Source: Cenococcum geophilum (Eukaryota). Taken from it: DNA of 64,000 bases. The notes under the pieces are model-generated. The model was not told the origin of the DNA. It worked only from the letters and a program-made list of their open reading frames with translations, and ran no database searches. This document shows positions 1 through 12,879 of the stretch, piece after piece (position 1 is the stretch's first letter; each line of letters opens with the position of its first letter). A program made the position numbers and the translations under genes. The stretch covers positions 1,488,001 through 1,552,000 of the forward strand of contig CP158635.1 in the NCBI GenBank assembly GCA_050273025.1, given 5' to 3'.

Positions 1-960
1 TTGCTCTTAAATATAGTTTATATCTCTAAGCTGTGGTTAGGGGCGCCTCTTTATACAAGCTAGTAATATAAACCCCAAATCTTTTAAGTCGGTGTTTGGG
101 ATAACATTAGGAGCATATTTAACAGCCTCTTTAAAGTTCGCTGTGTTAAAGTTAGTATAATAAATAGAGCTCTTTGCAGAAAACTTATAGAGTAGTACTC
201 GCATATCTTAGCCGGATACACGAATTAATATAAGGCTAACCCGGTAATATAAAATTCCCAGCTTCCTAAGGTAGTTAAATGCGTTAAAAACCTAACTCTT
301 AGTACTTAACTATAAGTTAAAGAGCTTAAAAAATATATTGAATGCGCAATAAACTATAACTGCGCTTCTTCCAGTCCAACACGAATATGGATTATTTCTT
401 TAAGTATAAATTAATAGTATTCAACACTAATTTTTAGAAATTTGCCTTCTAAGAATGCTTACTTAATCTTAATAATGTTATTATACGCTACTTACCTAAG
501 AATATCCTTCTCTACTAGCCTATGCTCTTTTTTAAGCTTCTTAGATATAATTATGCTAGGGATATACTTACGCTAATATATTACTTATTCAGTTTTACCC
601 TATATAAGCGTGCCTAGGGTAATAAGCTCTTGTAGCTGTTTGACACCGGAAGTATTATTTAATATTACAACTAAGACTTCCGGGGAAGCGGCAGTATTTA
701 TTCGATTTAAAAAGGCTTTTAGAATCGGTACGCTAAGAGATATAATGGATTAGTGGATTATATTAGTATAACTTTTAGCTTTCTACATAAGGGCGGCTTT
801 TATTAGAGCTATTAGAGCACTTTCCTTAAGATCTAGCATCCTCTATGGTTAAGGATGCCTAGTAAACACATTCTTAATCATATATCCACTAGAATCTATA
901 TATAGTAGCATAATTGCTTATAGGGGGAAGTATCTGCTATAGTAAGAGGTAAGCGCATTT
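1..960 (-). pseudogene. Protein-kinase-fold (probable pseudokinase) gene relic, runs off the window edge
   Basis: Minus strand reads EKDILR*VAYNNIIKIK*AFLEGKFLKISVEYY*FILKEIIHIRVGLEEAQL*FIAHS / VFNAFNYLRKLGILYYRVSLILIRV / NFKEAV...TDLKDLGFILLACI. This fits kinase subdomains III-IX (H.NIVK, VEYC, FDYL...H) without a clear HRD or DFG. Two short intron-like gaps. Confidence 0.55.
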
Positions 961-2064
961 TAAATGTCCTTATAAGATGGGAATTGGCTAGTACAAATCT
1001 AAAATCTGGGAAACCGTTATTAGGAAATCGAATTCGGTTTTCGCGAATTAGAGCTTAGTTATTAAGATTAGAATACGGTTCTATTTTCTAAACTTTAACT
1101 TTTAACATTTACGCTTAAGGCCAAGCTTAATATCTTTTAAATAGGTATAAAAAAGCGCCTTTAAGATAGAGTCCTCAATTTATAGTAAGCTTCCCCGCTA
1201 TTATTAGGCTTTTAATAAATTTTTGACTCTGTACCTTTAATGCCCACTAAAAGTATACCTAAGTATCCCTATCTTTAACCACTTCGCCTAAGCCGGTCGT
1301 CTAATAAGCACGTTTCTAAGCCTCCCTATTAGCGTTAAGAGTTAAGTCCAAAGGCTGCCCTAATTAAAATCACAGATAAAGCACCTTTAAATATCTTAAC
1401 TCTAAAAGAATCCTCTAAACCCCTAATACCAGATAACTATAAAAGCCGATGGGTATGGCCATCTTAATTAAAGCACAACTTATTAAATCTAGTAACTATT
1501 TGGATATTTCCTTCTTCTAAGCAGTATAACCTTTAAGCTAAAATCTAGTCGCATAACCAAACACGGGACGCGCTTAATGCTAAGGTTTAGCTACGCGTAA
1601 ACTTCGTATAGTAGTTAACTTAACTATCTATAGATAACGCTGCATAGTATGCTGCGTATAACGATATTACTGCTACGCTCTAGTAGTATACTTAAGATTA
1701 CGCTTATATACTTATAGACAATAATTACCTAAGGGCCAAGATTTAGCGGCTTATAGTTTAAGTACTCTATATCTTTATACTTTCTACCTTTATAAACTAA
1801 TAATAGCTAGTTTAACTGCTTATTAACTTTCATTCTTAACGCATTAGCCCTAAAGGATAAATAAATTCGCGTCCTTTAAAAGAGGTTGTTTTAATAATCT
1901 AATAAGGCAAACCGTAAATATTATAGTAGAGATATGGTATTAGTAACAGAAAATTCTGGGGTAAGGGAAATAGAAGCGTTAGATTATGCGTCTTCTTTAT
2001 ATTCCCTTAAAGTTTAGAAAATTTTACTCGTGCTATAAAATGTAAAATACTTTGCCTATAGTCT

Positions 2065-2198
2065 AGCATTCTCAATTTCCAAGCGTTCTTATTTCCAAGC
2101 ATTCTCATTTTCTAAGCGTTCTTATTTCTAAGCATTTTTATTTCCTAAGCATTTTTATTTTCTAAGCATTCTTAGTCTCTAGGCATTCTTAAATTTTA
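2065..2198. repeat. Tandem array of about 8 copies of a 16-17 bp unit (AGCRTTCTYATTTCYA)
   Basis: Directly visible: agcattctcaatttcca / agcgttcttatttcca / agcattctcattttcta and so on. Non-triplet period, intergenic. Confidence 0.85.
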
Positions 2199-2736
2199 AG
2201 TATAATTCGTCTTTAAAGCGCTGAATTGAAAAAGAGATATAGAGGATTAAGTAGCGTGCCTTTAGGCTATTAGCTTTATATAGATACCATCTATACTATA
2301 AAATTACTCCTTAAGGTATAAAATGGGCATAGCTATATTTTAAGGTGCGCTTATCAATAAATACTTATTATACTACCTATTTATTCTAAAGCCGTAAGTA
2401 ATTTAGCTATAAGGGTTTTAGGTAGGCATTATAATAGGCTTTTAGGTTATTAAAAGACAGACTTATATAAAGATAACCAAAGGAAGGTATTTAGACCTCT
2501 TTAATTCCTTATTTTTGGGATACTAGGAAGGTTTTTAATAAAGGTATAAATATAACCTTAGATTATATAAAAGCCATAAAATGAGGATTATTAATTACTT
2601 AACTAATATAATATATAGGTTACACGAAAATTAACAAACTTAACGCAAAAATAAGAATTAGTAATAACTAAATAAAAGTAATAATAAAGCATAGATAACT
2701 GCGTAGCGTAATTAACTCGGTTACTTAACCTAAACC

Positions 2737-4359
2737 CTAAAAACCTAAGCTTATCTTATTTATGTTCTATACTACTAGGCATTCCCCTCTTTCCTAAAGA
2801 CTAAGTTTACGGAAATCGCTAACTCCTATTATTATAAAGTAATCTTCTTTAAATTTCTTAAATATAGAATCTTTGTTAACAGCCTAGTCTACAGCGGGTA
2901 ATCGCCGGCCTATATAAGCGGATGATAACCGGCCTATGTAAGTAGGTGATAAACGGGCTATTAGAGTGGGTGATCCTCTAAGTAACTAATTGCGGAATGT
3001 ACGGGCTATTCCCGCAGTAAGCCTAATAGAAGGAGATCTGCTTCTTTTTAGCTCTTTACCTAGTATAAACTTAAAGAATCTAGCTTTTATAATAGTAGCA
3101 GAATTATAAAGCGCCTAGTTAGTAATATACGCTCCCTATCTTAACTATAAAGTTGCTTTAGTCTCCTACTTTTTCTCTAACTTGCTGTTAATATCCTAAT
3201 TAATTAAGACATAGTAAGGACCGTACCTTTTATCTCCTTTTATATCTAGATTAAGCAGATTTAACTTAGTGTCTATATTAACTGCGTCCTCTATAAACTA
3301 AGCGACTCCGAAAATATCGTTAATATAACGCCTCGTGTATTTATATTTGCCATTATTTAGTTATTAGTCTCTATATTAATTAAAATGGTTACTAACTTTT
3401 TGGTTCTCTAGTAGATTCTCTTTATACTAAGAATCCGCCGTAGATGACTTAATTTAATACTTCGGATAACTTTTTGGTCCGTATTTATTAATATACTTAA
3501 TGCCCCTTCCGCTAATCTACCTAATAGTTATTATAGGCACACCCTTTACCTTCTTTGGACTAGGCCTATAATATAATAATCGACTATACTTAGGGTCCTC
3601 CTTTAAGTTATCTTTACCTATAAGGTCGATAGGCTTATTCTTCCCACCGTTCTCTATGCTTTTATAGGGAATGCTATTTATCCCTTTAGCACCCTTACTG
3701 GGCTCCTCTTTAACCTTAGTCTTGCCCTCTTCTTTTCCCTTAGCTTAACCCTGTTCTTTCCCCTTAGGCTTAGCCTATTCTTTCCTCTTAAGCTTAGCCT
3801 ATTCTTTCCCCTTAGGCTTAGCCTGTTCTTTCCCCTTAGGCTTAGCCTGTTCTTTCCCCTTAGGCTTAGCCTATTCTTTCCCCTTAGGCTTAGCCTATTC
3901 TTTCCCCTTAGGCTTAGCCTGTTCTTTTTTCTTAGTCTTACCCTTTTCTTTTTTCTTAGGCTTAGCCTGTTCTTTCTCCTCCTCCTCTTTCTCTTCCTCC
4001 TCCTCTCCCTCCCCCTCCCCCTTCTCCTCCCCCTCCTCCTTCCCCTCTTCCCCCTCCTCCCCTCCCTCTCCCTCCTCCTCTAACTCCTCCTCTGACTCCC
4101 CCCCAGATTCCTCCCGTCTAGCCTTCTCCGATTTTATTTAATTACCTAACTAACTTGTAGCCGCAGCGAAATATTCGTTATATTAAGTGCCCTAGGGGTA
4201 ATACTCTAGATTAGCACCCTATAGCCTGGCTTTATTGGTTTTTATTACTTTCTACGCTATAGAGCCTGCTTCTACTTCTAGCTTAAGGAGACTTAGGTTG
4301 TTAACAAATTTTAGATATTTCTTATATTTAGCCACTAATTTATTAATAAGAGTGGCCAT
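2737..4359 (-). pseudogene. Hypothetical protein relic with an E/G-rich tract, (QAKPKGKE)n repeats and a globular C-terminal domain
   Basis: ATG at 4359 (MATLINKLVAK...), EEEGE low-complexity 3975-4115, octapeptide repeats, then GPKSYPKY*IKSS...KYKYTRRYINDIFGVA*...YVLIN*DINSKLEKK*ETKATYS*R*G. Stops fall at Q/W/R-type positions expected from RIP. Confidence 0.6.
3726..3975 (-). repeat. 24-bp coding minisatellite, about 10 copies (TTCTTTCCCCTTAGGCTTAGCCTG), encoding QAKPKGKE on the minus strand
   Basis: Directly visible tandem units with period 24. Confidence 0.9.
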
Positions 4360-4809
4360 CTTAACTAATTATAAGATACTATCGTGGGGTAATATAAAAA
4401 GTGCTGTTCTTATAGGTAAAATACAGAACTAGAAATGGAGGTTAGAGTAAAATTTAAAGTAGAACTAAGGAAACGGAAATTGGAATAGACTTTAAAGTGT
4501 AATTAAGGAAATAAAAGTTAACTTAGTAAGTTAAGTGCCTGCTTAATAGGTTGCTTAAAAAATAAATTATAAGTTAGGTTACTGGGTAGAGGTTCTTAAA
4601 TAATTATCGCGGAATAACATACTTTAGTAAATAGGTACCTTTACTCTTAAGCCAATAAATGTTTGCCTTCCCTGGGGGGCATATAGGCATAAATTCTAGT
4701 TTTTAATTTCTTATTTATAAAATCCGTTTTCCCGTTTATAAAATCCGTTTTCTCGCCTATAAAATCCGTTTTCGTATTTATTGAATTTACTACGAAATCT
4801 AAATCTAGA

Positions 4810-5658
4810 ATGCCTTTTTTTATTACCCTTTTTACCTTTTATATAAGCTTAAATAGTCGCACCTTCTATTATCTTACGTCCTTACCTAAAACTATATTCT
4901 TTCTTTAGGCCATTACATCCTCTCTAGCCGCTACTGCTTTCGCAGGCACTATTTACTTCTATCGCACTACGGTATAGAATGATTTAACATCACTCTAATA
5001 TGCTTACTAGTTAGATAGCCTATTCCTAACCTATACACTAACTACACTACATTAAGTAGTATAGATTTTAGTTGGAGCTGCTAGATAGCTTACCTTTAAT
5101 CTTAACTCTGTTAGTATATTGGTCGGAACAGTACTTTAATTTAATTTCCTTAGTCTTAATTATACGTTAATATAAAGTCAACTTAAAAACCCTTGCTAGA
5201 AGAACGGCTCCTTTAATATAGGATTTAATTAATTTAATTCTATAAACGTGAGCGGCAAGTTTATTATAGATTTCGAGGTAAATACTAAGAAACCTTAATA
5301 GTTCTACTATGTATAAACGTTCCGCAAGTCTCATTGCTATGCTAGCATGGTTTTCAGCGTAAACCCTAGAGACGAGGCAGACCAGTTTATAAAAAATGCT
5401 TAAAACTCTACTATTAAAGCAGCCCTAGTTATACTTCCTACTACTAATACCTATCCTTTCCCTTCTAAGAGCTCCGAGGTTTTATTATCTCCTATAGTTA
5501 CTAACCCTATAGTTCTCTTAAGTGTAGGTAAGGTTACGTTAACTAGTAGTTCTTAAAGCTTATTCTTAATCTCGCCTAAAATTTCTAATAGCGCTAGAGA
5601 TCTATTACTTAGATTAAGCTACTATATAGAAGGTGTTCTTATAGCGTTAGTCTTATAA
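4810..5658 (+). pseudogene. Cupredoxin-like extracellular serine/threonine-rich protein relic
   Basis: Reads ILVGAAR*LTFNLNSVSILVGTVL*FNFLSLNYTLI*SQLKNPC*KNGSFNIGFN*FN...KP**FYYV*TFRKSHCYASMVFSVNP. De-RIP gives V.VG..G.L.F.P / F.F...NHT..QS...PC / PQWFYCAQ....HC.AGMVF.VNP, followed by an S/T/P-rich tail and a hydrophobic C-terminus. Confidence 0.8.
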
Positions 5659-7249
5659 TTTATAAACTTTTATAGTTATTCAGTAACTTTAGGTAGAGAA
5701 TAATAAATATAAAGATAGTTTATGGATAATCCGGATGTATAGAGTACTAAATAAACTATCTATTTTTTAAAGTCTTAAAAGTAAATACTGTAAGATTTAG
5801 AAAGATCAATGCGCTCGCTTATAGAAAACCACTTTTCCGTTTCTAGAATCCCGGTTCCTTTTTCTCGTTTCTAGAATTCCGGTTCGTATCCTGGTTCGCA
5901 TCCTAGTTCTTATTTCTAAGATCTTAACCTTTAGATATACCCCTTTTTAATTATACCTAAAGTTAAAAGACCTTACTATAATGGAAACTGGGAGATGTCT
6001 TATAATACCTTCCGGGCCTATTACAACCCTACTCCTTTAAGTCCGCTTATTAAATAGCACCTAGCTATTTCCTATCTTTTGTATAAATAGGGAGCCTAGT
6101 ACTATATCACTTTAAGAGCCTTATGGAGATATTTTAAGAGAACCGCTTTTAAGTACTATATAAACGGTTAGTACACCTTACATTTAGATATTAAAATCTG
6201 GTTAAAGGCTTAAATTTTATATAATTATTCTATTATACCTATTCCACCCATTCTACCTATTTTGCCTATTCCACCCATTTCCCCTAAGCTCTCCTTATAA
6301 AGTTTTAAGTTTGGTTTAATAGAAATATCAAACTAAAGATAGGCTAAGATTCTCCTTCCTTAGAAATGTTTCTATTATTAGATCTAAACGGGATTTGCCT
6401 TAGTTGCGGTTTTAGCAAAGGAGAGTTAAGAGGCTATACTTTATTGTATAGGGATAGCACCTGCCTCCTATAATTATCCTTAGTAGATTAAGGCGGATTT
6501 ATTAGTTTTCGCGGCCTATATAGTAGGCTTAGAGAAACTAGTAAAGGTTTTAGTTCTTATATAACGGTTATTAAAGGCAGTAAAGGATGCAATAGTAGGG
6601 GAGGCGGGTAAAGGTGTTAACCGGGATTTAGGGCTATATATTGTCCTAATTGGCGCTACTAAAAGGACCAGTTCTTTTAGTGCTATTTAGCGGTTAATAA
6701 GAAGCTCACTTAGATCTCATTCCTTCTCTTTATTAGTAAGGAGTCTACCTTATACTAAGAGAAAAGATAAACTAGTTCTTTTGCTTTTTTCTATAGTGCT
6801 TTCCCGGCGGCCATAACTTAAAGATTTTCGTCTTAAGTGGTAGATTTTATAATCTTCCTAATAATGCGTTTATTTGGTACCGTAAACGTAACACAATCTT
6901 TTTTTAAGTAATTTTAATGAAGTGGTTAAGGATAAGATATAATGGTAATAACTCTAAGGTTAATAGTATTATATGCGCTCAGCCGACTATATATACACTA
7001 CGCTATATCACTAAAAGGGTTGTTTTATTAAACCCTAAATAGCAATTTAAAACTAGGATTTAAAAATCCGGTTCCGGTTTTACGGTTTTAGAAACTAAGC
7101 CATTATATATATATAAGTTTCGTATTCTAGGATCTATAAAACTAAATCCTAATTTAGAAACATAAGGAATATACCTATATATTTAAGCTAGAGAAGCCCT
7201 CTAAACTAAGAGCACAGTATAGCGCAAATATAATTAGAATTACACTCCT

Positions 7250-9600
7250 TCTCCTTCCTACCCTATCTTTAGGCATTCTCTTTCCCTTTAAAAATTCTCT
7301 CCTATGCCTAATAAATCCTATTACATAGGTAAATGTAGGAAACAAACTAGATTTCTAGTACGTTTCGATACTAAAAACTCCTAGAGCTATGCTAATAGGG
7401 CTATATAGATTATTCAATTCGCGAAATGCGTTATATAAGGCAACCTTAAACTTTACAGATCCTACCTTTCTCCCTCTCTTTATAATTATAAGACCTTATA
7501 ACTGTTCTAGGGACTAAACCGCTAGCTTTAAGATTCCCTAAAGCTCGCCAAATAGCACGGCTGCTCTTTAATGGTATTACCCCTTATCCCTCTTATAAGG
7601 GCTATACTTATCCAGCCAAGGCAGTACGTTAGTTAACGCGCTATATTATATTCTCTCGTAGATATTATAAGTGGTAGTGGCGATTATAATACGTTTTAGG
7701 TAGATTAGGCAAGTATTATAGTAAGTGTTACTTATTAGAATAGCACTAGCTTCCTTTATCCGTTTCCACAAAGTACTCCTAGCGCGTTTAGTCTCGCGAT
7801 ATAAATAATATCTTATTAAAATAAGTTGCAATTAGGGGGCGAATCTATACAATTAGTTTTAGTAAATATATCTATTAGATTAATTATAACGCACTTAGGC
7901 TAATATTAATTAACATAGGTTTACTTATATGTGATACTGCATTAACTATAAATAAACGTCATCTAACCCAACTCTAATAGCCTTAAAAGTATAATAAGTC
8001 TATTTTAGTTCTTTATATAGAATAACCTTACTTATTATTGCCGTTATAGGCTTTAGAAGTAGAATATATCTAAATAGCTATATAAATTATTAAGGATATC
8101 CCTATAACTCTTAATCCTATTCCTTCCCTTATAACCTAAGAGTATACGCCTCTATACCTATTAGATTCGATATATATATTTTTATACCTCTAGAGGTTCT
8201 ATCTTAGCTAAGTATGCTTACTCTAACTTTAATTCTAGAATCTCTTTAAACTTTCGTATCTTTGTTTATAAAGTATAATTCTCTTTACCTTTTACTACCT
8301 TTGTTAATACTAGCCACTCTATCTGCATTTTAATCCATCTTAAGTCTATTTTATCCGTTAAGGTACCCAAATTAGGCTTATATCCGTACTGTATTCGCCT
8401 AAAGAGGTCTATCGCTATGCGCTTACTTTTTTTAGTAGATCTTTAAGGCATAATAGGAGTATTCTTATAAGGCGGGACTGCTTTTTACTTACGCTATATT
8501 GCTGACCTTTACTTACAAGGCGAAGCAGGTTTGTACTTATAAGGGGAAGCAGATTTGCGTTTATAAGTAGTAATTTTATAGTTATCGTCCGCAGGTTAAT
8601 CTAACGCTATAGTAGATAATATATCTTTATACCTTACTCCTAAAAGTTCGGATTCTTCTTAAATGCTACTTCTCTCTAAAAAAAAAGAGTAGTTAGTAGG
8701 TTAAGATTCCGATTTTCTATAAAGGAGATGCTGGAATGTACCTTTATCTAAAAATGCACCCTTAACTTTAGTAAGGAATTTGGCGTCATCTATAGCTTTA
8801 TTATTAATTAAAGGCGCGTTCTCGTTAATTCTATTATATTATCCTTTAAAGTTAAGCACCCAGCTAGATTTATTAATTAAGTCCCCTTCGGTTCCAGTCA
8901 TACTATTAACCGCCGTAAACTAGGTGCCTACGATTATGCTTTACTCTAATGCTATTATTATCTGGCTTAGGACTGGTCCTTTTAGGTTATTTAGAAATGC
9001 CGTACTTCTTACCTAGCTATTAACTATGGAATTCTTAGAGATTTTTACTAGGGTTAAGCCGAAAATAGGATTTCCTAAGAGAGTAATATTAATAAAGCCG
9101 TAAATAAGAGCCATTAAGAATAGGTATGCTGTCTTTTTAACGTCTTAGTGTAGGATAGTTTCTTTAACAAAAGGGCCTAGGGGATGCCTATTTATGTTTA
9201 GAAAGCTAACCTTTATATAAGCCCCGAGACGATACCCTAAAAGGTAGTACCGTTACTCTACCTTATTTTTATTCGCTGTAACTGTATAAATTCTAATCTT
9301 AGAAAGGTAGATGCTTTTATAGAGCTAACGGGTTACTAAAGTGCTATACTGCCTTAGTCTAAGGACCCTTGGTAATACTAAGTCTTAAATATTTAACTTA
9401 TATGCTAGATTTATGGTTAATAGGCCCTTAATTTCAAAACGAAGTAAAATAACTAAAATGGGTAAGGGGATGCTGTACCGTAATAGACAGCTTAAGCCGC
9501 CGCAAGCCTATTTAGCCTTCTTACTTTTGATATTCTTAATTTCTACTATTAAAATTATTTGTATGCCTAAGGCCCTAGCACGAAACACTAATCTGCTTAC
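7250..9600 (-). pseudogene. Hypothetical protein relic(s), no family recognised
   Basis: Long minus-strand frames broken only by TAA/TAG at likely Q/W positions (e.g. HPLGPFVKETILH*DV..., SIIVGT*FTAVNSMTGTEGD...). Includes ORF-track 7646..7831. Confidence 0.35.
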
Positions 9601-9989
9601 TTAAACGAAACTTCTACGCCCACCTAAGGCTCTGCTTAGTAGGTGACCCTTAATTAGCGCTTACTACTTACGGCTATTTAGGCAACTAAGGCGATTATAG
9701 CAAGGCTATTTATACTCTACCTCGCCGGTTTATATAGAACCCCTAGATAGTTTTACTTAGATGGCCCGTTATATATTATAATAGTATTGATTGGACTATA
9801 GGGTGTGTAATAGGAGTATAGTGAAGCTCTGTTCCTAGAATGCACTTTGTGTTTACCTTACACCAACTTGCCCCTCTTTGGTATCTCTATTAGTGTAAAA
9901 CGAAGTATAACTACTAGTACCCCCACTACCTACTCTATGTATCTTTTGTCCTCACTTCTTTCTTTATATAGTTAATTTATTAAACTAAA

Positions 9990-11176
9990 ATGCCTAAATA
10001 AATTCACCCTAAAAGGCAACCATATTTTACTAAAGATAGCAAGCCTTATTTTAAACCGAAATCCCTTAAAGAGATCTTACTTAAGGATTTTAAAAAGGTG
10101 TTTATAGTAAGGAAGAAGATTATTATTCTAAGCGGTGCTAGCATTTTAGTAGCTGCGAAAAGTAAGTCTTATGTATTGGAAACCGTAAAGAGCTACTTTT
10201 CTAACTCTTAATGCTTATAGTTTCTGACTTTTATACGCTTTATAGGCACCAATCTAGACGTAACCCGTTTAAGATTAGTAATTATAATAACGGTAATTCC
10301 ACCGAAAATATGCACGGTAATGTTTGTATTATAAATAAGAAAGCTTCTCGTGCCGTTCTTACTAACTCCTATTAACTTAAGTATAAGAATATCGTTTATA
10401 CCCTTTAAAACCTTATATTTTCTAGGCGCCAGTCTAGACATAGCCTATTTAACATTAATAATTATAATAACGATTATTTAACTCAAAATATATATAGGGG
10501 CTTTTGTATTATAAATGAGCTAGCTTTTTATGCTATACCTATTAACTTCTACTAACTTGCGAACGAAAACAATAAGCGTATCCTTTAACACTTTACGCAG
10601 AATATTAACGGACTTTATAATAAATTCCAGTCGTTATCTCTAGACTCTCCTTTAACTAAGAAGGGCCTATAGATAAAGACAATAGAACTTTACGGTTAAC
10701 TAGATAGGATAATCTGCTATAAGTGTAAATGGCGCTTAGCCTTTAACCTAAAGTACTTTTAGGGATCGGAACTATTGGCTTGTCCTAATTATATTAGGAA
10801 AGATATAGACTAATAAGGCGAAGGGAAACGGTCTAGAGATATTAGTATGCTTTGGCCCGATGTACTTCTTAATAGAGAAATTAACAATTAAGATAAGGAC
10901 GCGATTGCAGCTATGTCTTAGGATGCTAAACGTTAAGTTCCAGATCTTATTCTGATTATGGGCACTTAGCTAAAAAAACTAGGTATATTTTAGCTAGCCA
11001 CGCGCCTTTATAAGGCGGCGAAAACTAGAAATAGATGTAATCCCATTATATAGATAAATAAGGAACCCCTATTACGTAGATTAAGGCCAAAATTTCACGG
11101 CCTAATTAACTACACAATTTATAGGGACTGCCAAGAGATCGCTAGATATCTTTTAGATAAGGCTACGCCCCTATAA
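9990..11176 (+). pseudogene. Sir2-family NAD-dependent deacetylase (Hst3/Hst4-like) relic
   Basis: Motifs in order: KKIIILSGASILVAA (GAGISV), GTAAGT intron, SDF (PDF), FTQNINGL (TQNIDGL), IELYG*LDRIICYKC (LHG...CxxC), CPNY (CxxC), GKRSRDISMLWPDVLLNRE (GKR...G.LRP.V.L.GE), PDLILIMGT*LKKLG, *INKEP (WINKEP), DCQEIA. Confidence 0.88.
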
Positions 11177-11361
11177 CTTAATAGCGATGCAAAATTAGGA
11201 GGTAGCTGGCACGAAGATAGATAGGGAGAGGACAACATCGGAGTCTATAATAATAGTTTGCTTAGCATAAGGAAGTTAACCGCAGCCTTTAATCTTTCTT
11301 AGTGACTAGTCTTTTAATTTATAGGAAAGTTAAGTATATATAGTGTTAAAGCCTATATTAT

Positions 11362-12500
11362 TATCCTTTCTAAGTAGTAGCTAAACTACTAGCTTGTATA
11401 TCTCGTCTATAAACCCTACTAGCCGCGTATTTAATAAATACATTTCTCTTATCTTATGCCAGCCCTCTACTGCCTATTATAACGGCGTTTTACCATACTT
11501 ATCTTTAGATTTCGCGTCAACGCCGTCCTTAAGCAACAGCTCTACTATAGTCTTATATGCCCATTAAGCAGCCTATAAGAGTGGTGTCCAATTATTGCTA
11601 TCCTTAGAGTTAGAGTTAACGCCTTTCCGCGTAAGTAGTAGCTTTACTATCCCCTCTTATCCACTTTCTGTAGCCTATAAGAGTGGAGTCCGACCTTTAA
11701 TATTAGTAGAGTTTAGGCTGATGCCGTCCTTTGTTAGCAGTAGCTCTACTATTACCTCGTGCCCGCGCTCTGTAGCTGCTAATAGTAGTATTTAATTATA
11801 GAAGCCCTTAGGGTTTAGGCTAACACCATCCTACGCTAATAGTAGCTTTACTACCCCCTTATGCCCGTTTGTCGCGGCCTATAATAGCGGTATATCTCTA
11901 AGAGCGCTCTTAGGATCTGGATTAACGTTATTTTGCGTAAGTAGTAGCTCTACTACTGCCTCACTTCTATATTCTGCAGCTAATAACAGTGGTATAGCCC
12001 CAAATTTATCCTTAGAGTTTGGATTGATGTTATCCCGTATAAGAAGTAGTTTTACTACCGCCTTATAACCGTCACTTGTAGCCAATAACAGTGGCGTCCA
12101 ATTGAAATTATCCGTTACTTAGATATTAGCTCCTGCTTCTAGTAAAATATAAAACTCCGCTTCTTGTCTATATTCTATAGCCCGTAATAACGCTAAACTT
12201 TTAGAGCGCTGTGGTAATTTGGTTATTAACGAAAGTAGTAGCATTTCTAGACGAAGAGAGATATATATATTAACTTTATACTAATAGGATCTAAATAAGT
12301 AATAGAAATCTGGTAGTAGAAGGCTTATTGTCTAAGTAGCCGGCTATATAGTAGTATTAAAGTATATTTTAAGGATATAAAGCCAGTGATTTAACCTGGC
12401 AAATATAAGGTAGATTACCCTTTACTATAGAAGGATTTAAAATTTGTTTATAGAAGAAGAGGTAGCGTAAGAGGTATTTATTCTATTGGACTATTATTAC
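11362..12500 (-). pseudogene. Ankyrin-repeat protein relic (about 7-8 repeats)
   Basis: Repeated TPLLLA...G..AVVKLLL....NPNSKD units at about 102-bp period (ORF-track 11879..12085 is part of it), disrupted by RIP stops. Confidence 0.9.
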
Positions 12501-12879
12501 TTATTTTTACTAAACGTTAAATATAAAAAGTTGTTTTAAAGTTAGGATTTAGGATTTAGGAAACTAAAAACGGAAATTTAGAATTGGGAACCGAGAAATA
12601 GGAAAATGAAAAGGATTTCTTTAGTGGGAGGGCCTATCTAACAAGTTTACGTAATATTGTATATACGTAATACCACGCTTAAGCTATAGAAGGGCCTAAT
12701 AGTAAAGAGATATAAATAAAGACCGCTTAAATGTTGATATTTAATCCATTAAAGAGAGCAATATATCGTAAACGCTATTAGGGAGATAGAGATTACCAGT
12801 ATAAAGTTATAAAGCTTAACGTTTAATAAATATCTAAATTTTAGGAGAGTATATTAGGATTTGCTAAAAAGCAAGTCTA

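Noticed and set aside
4235..4432. ORF-track 65-aa plus-strand ORF
   Set aside because: Shadow of the minus-strand gene starting at 4359.
10208..10441. ORF-track 77-aa minus-strand ORF
   Set aside because: Antisense to the sirtuin relic.
11595..11795. ORF-track 66-aa plus-strand ORF
   Set aside because: Antisense shadow of the ankyrin repeats.
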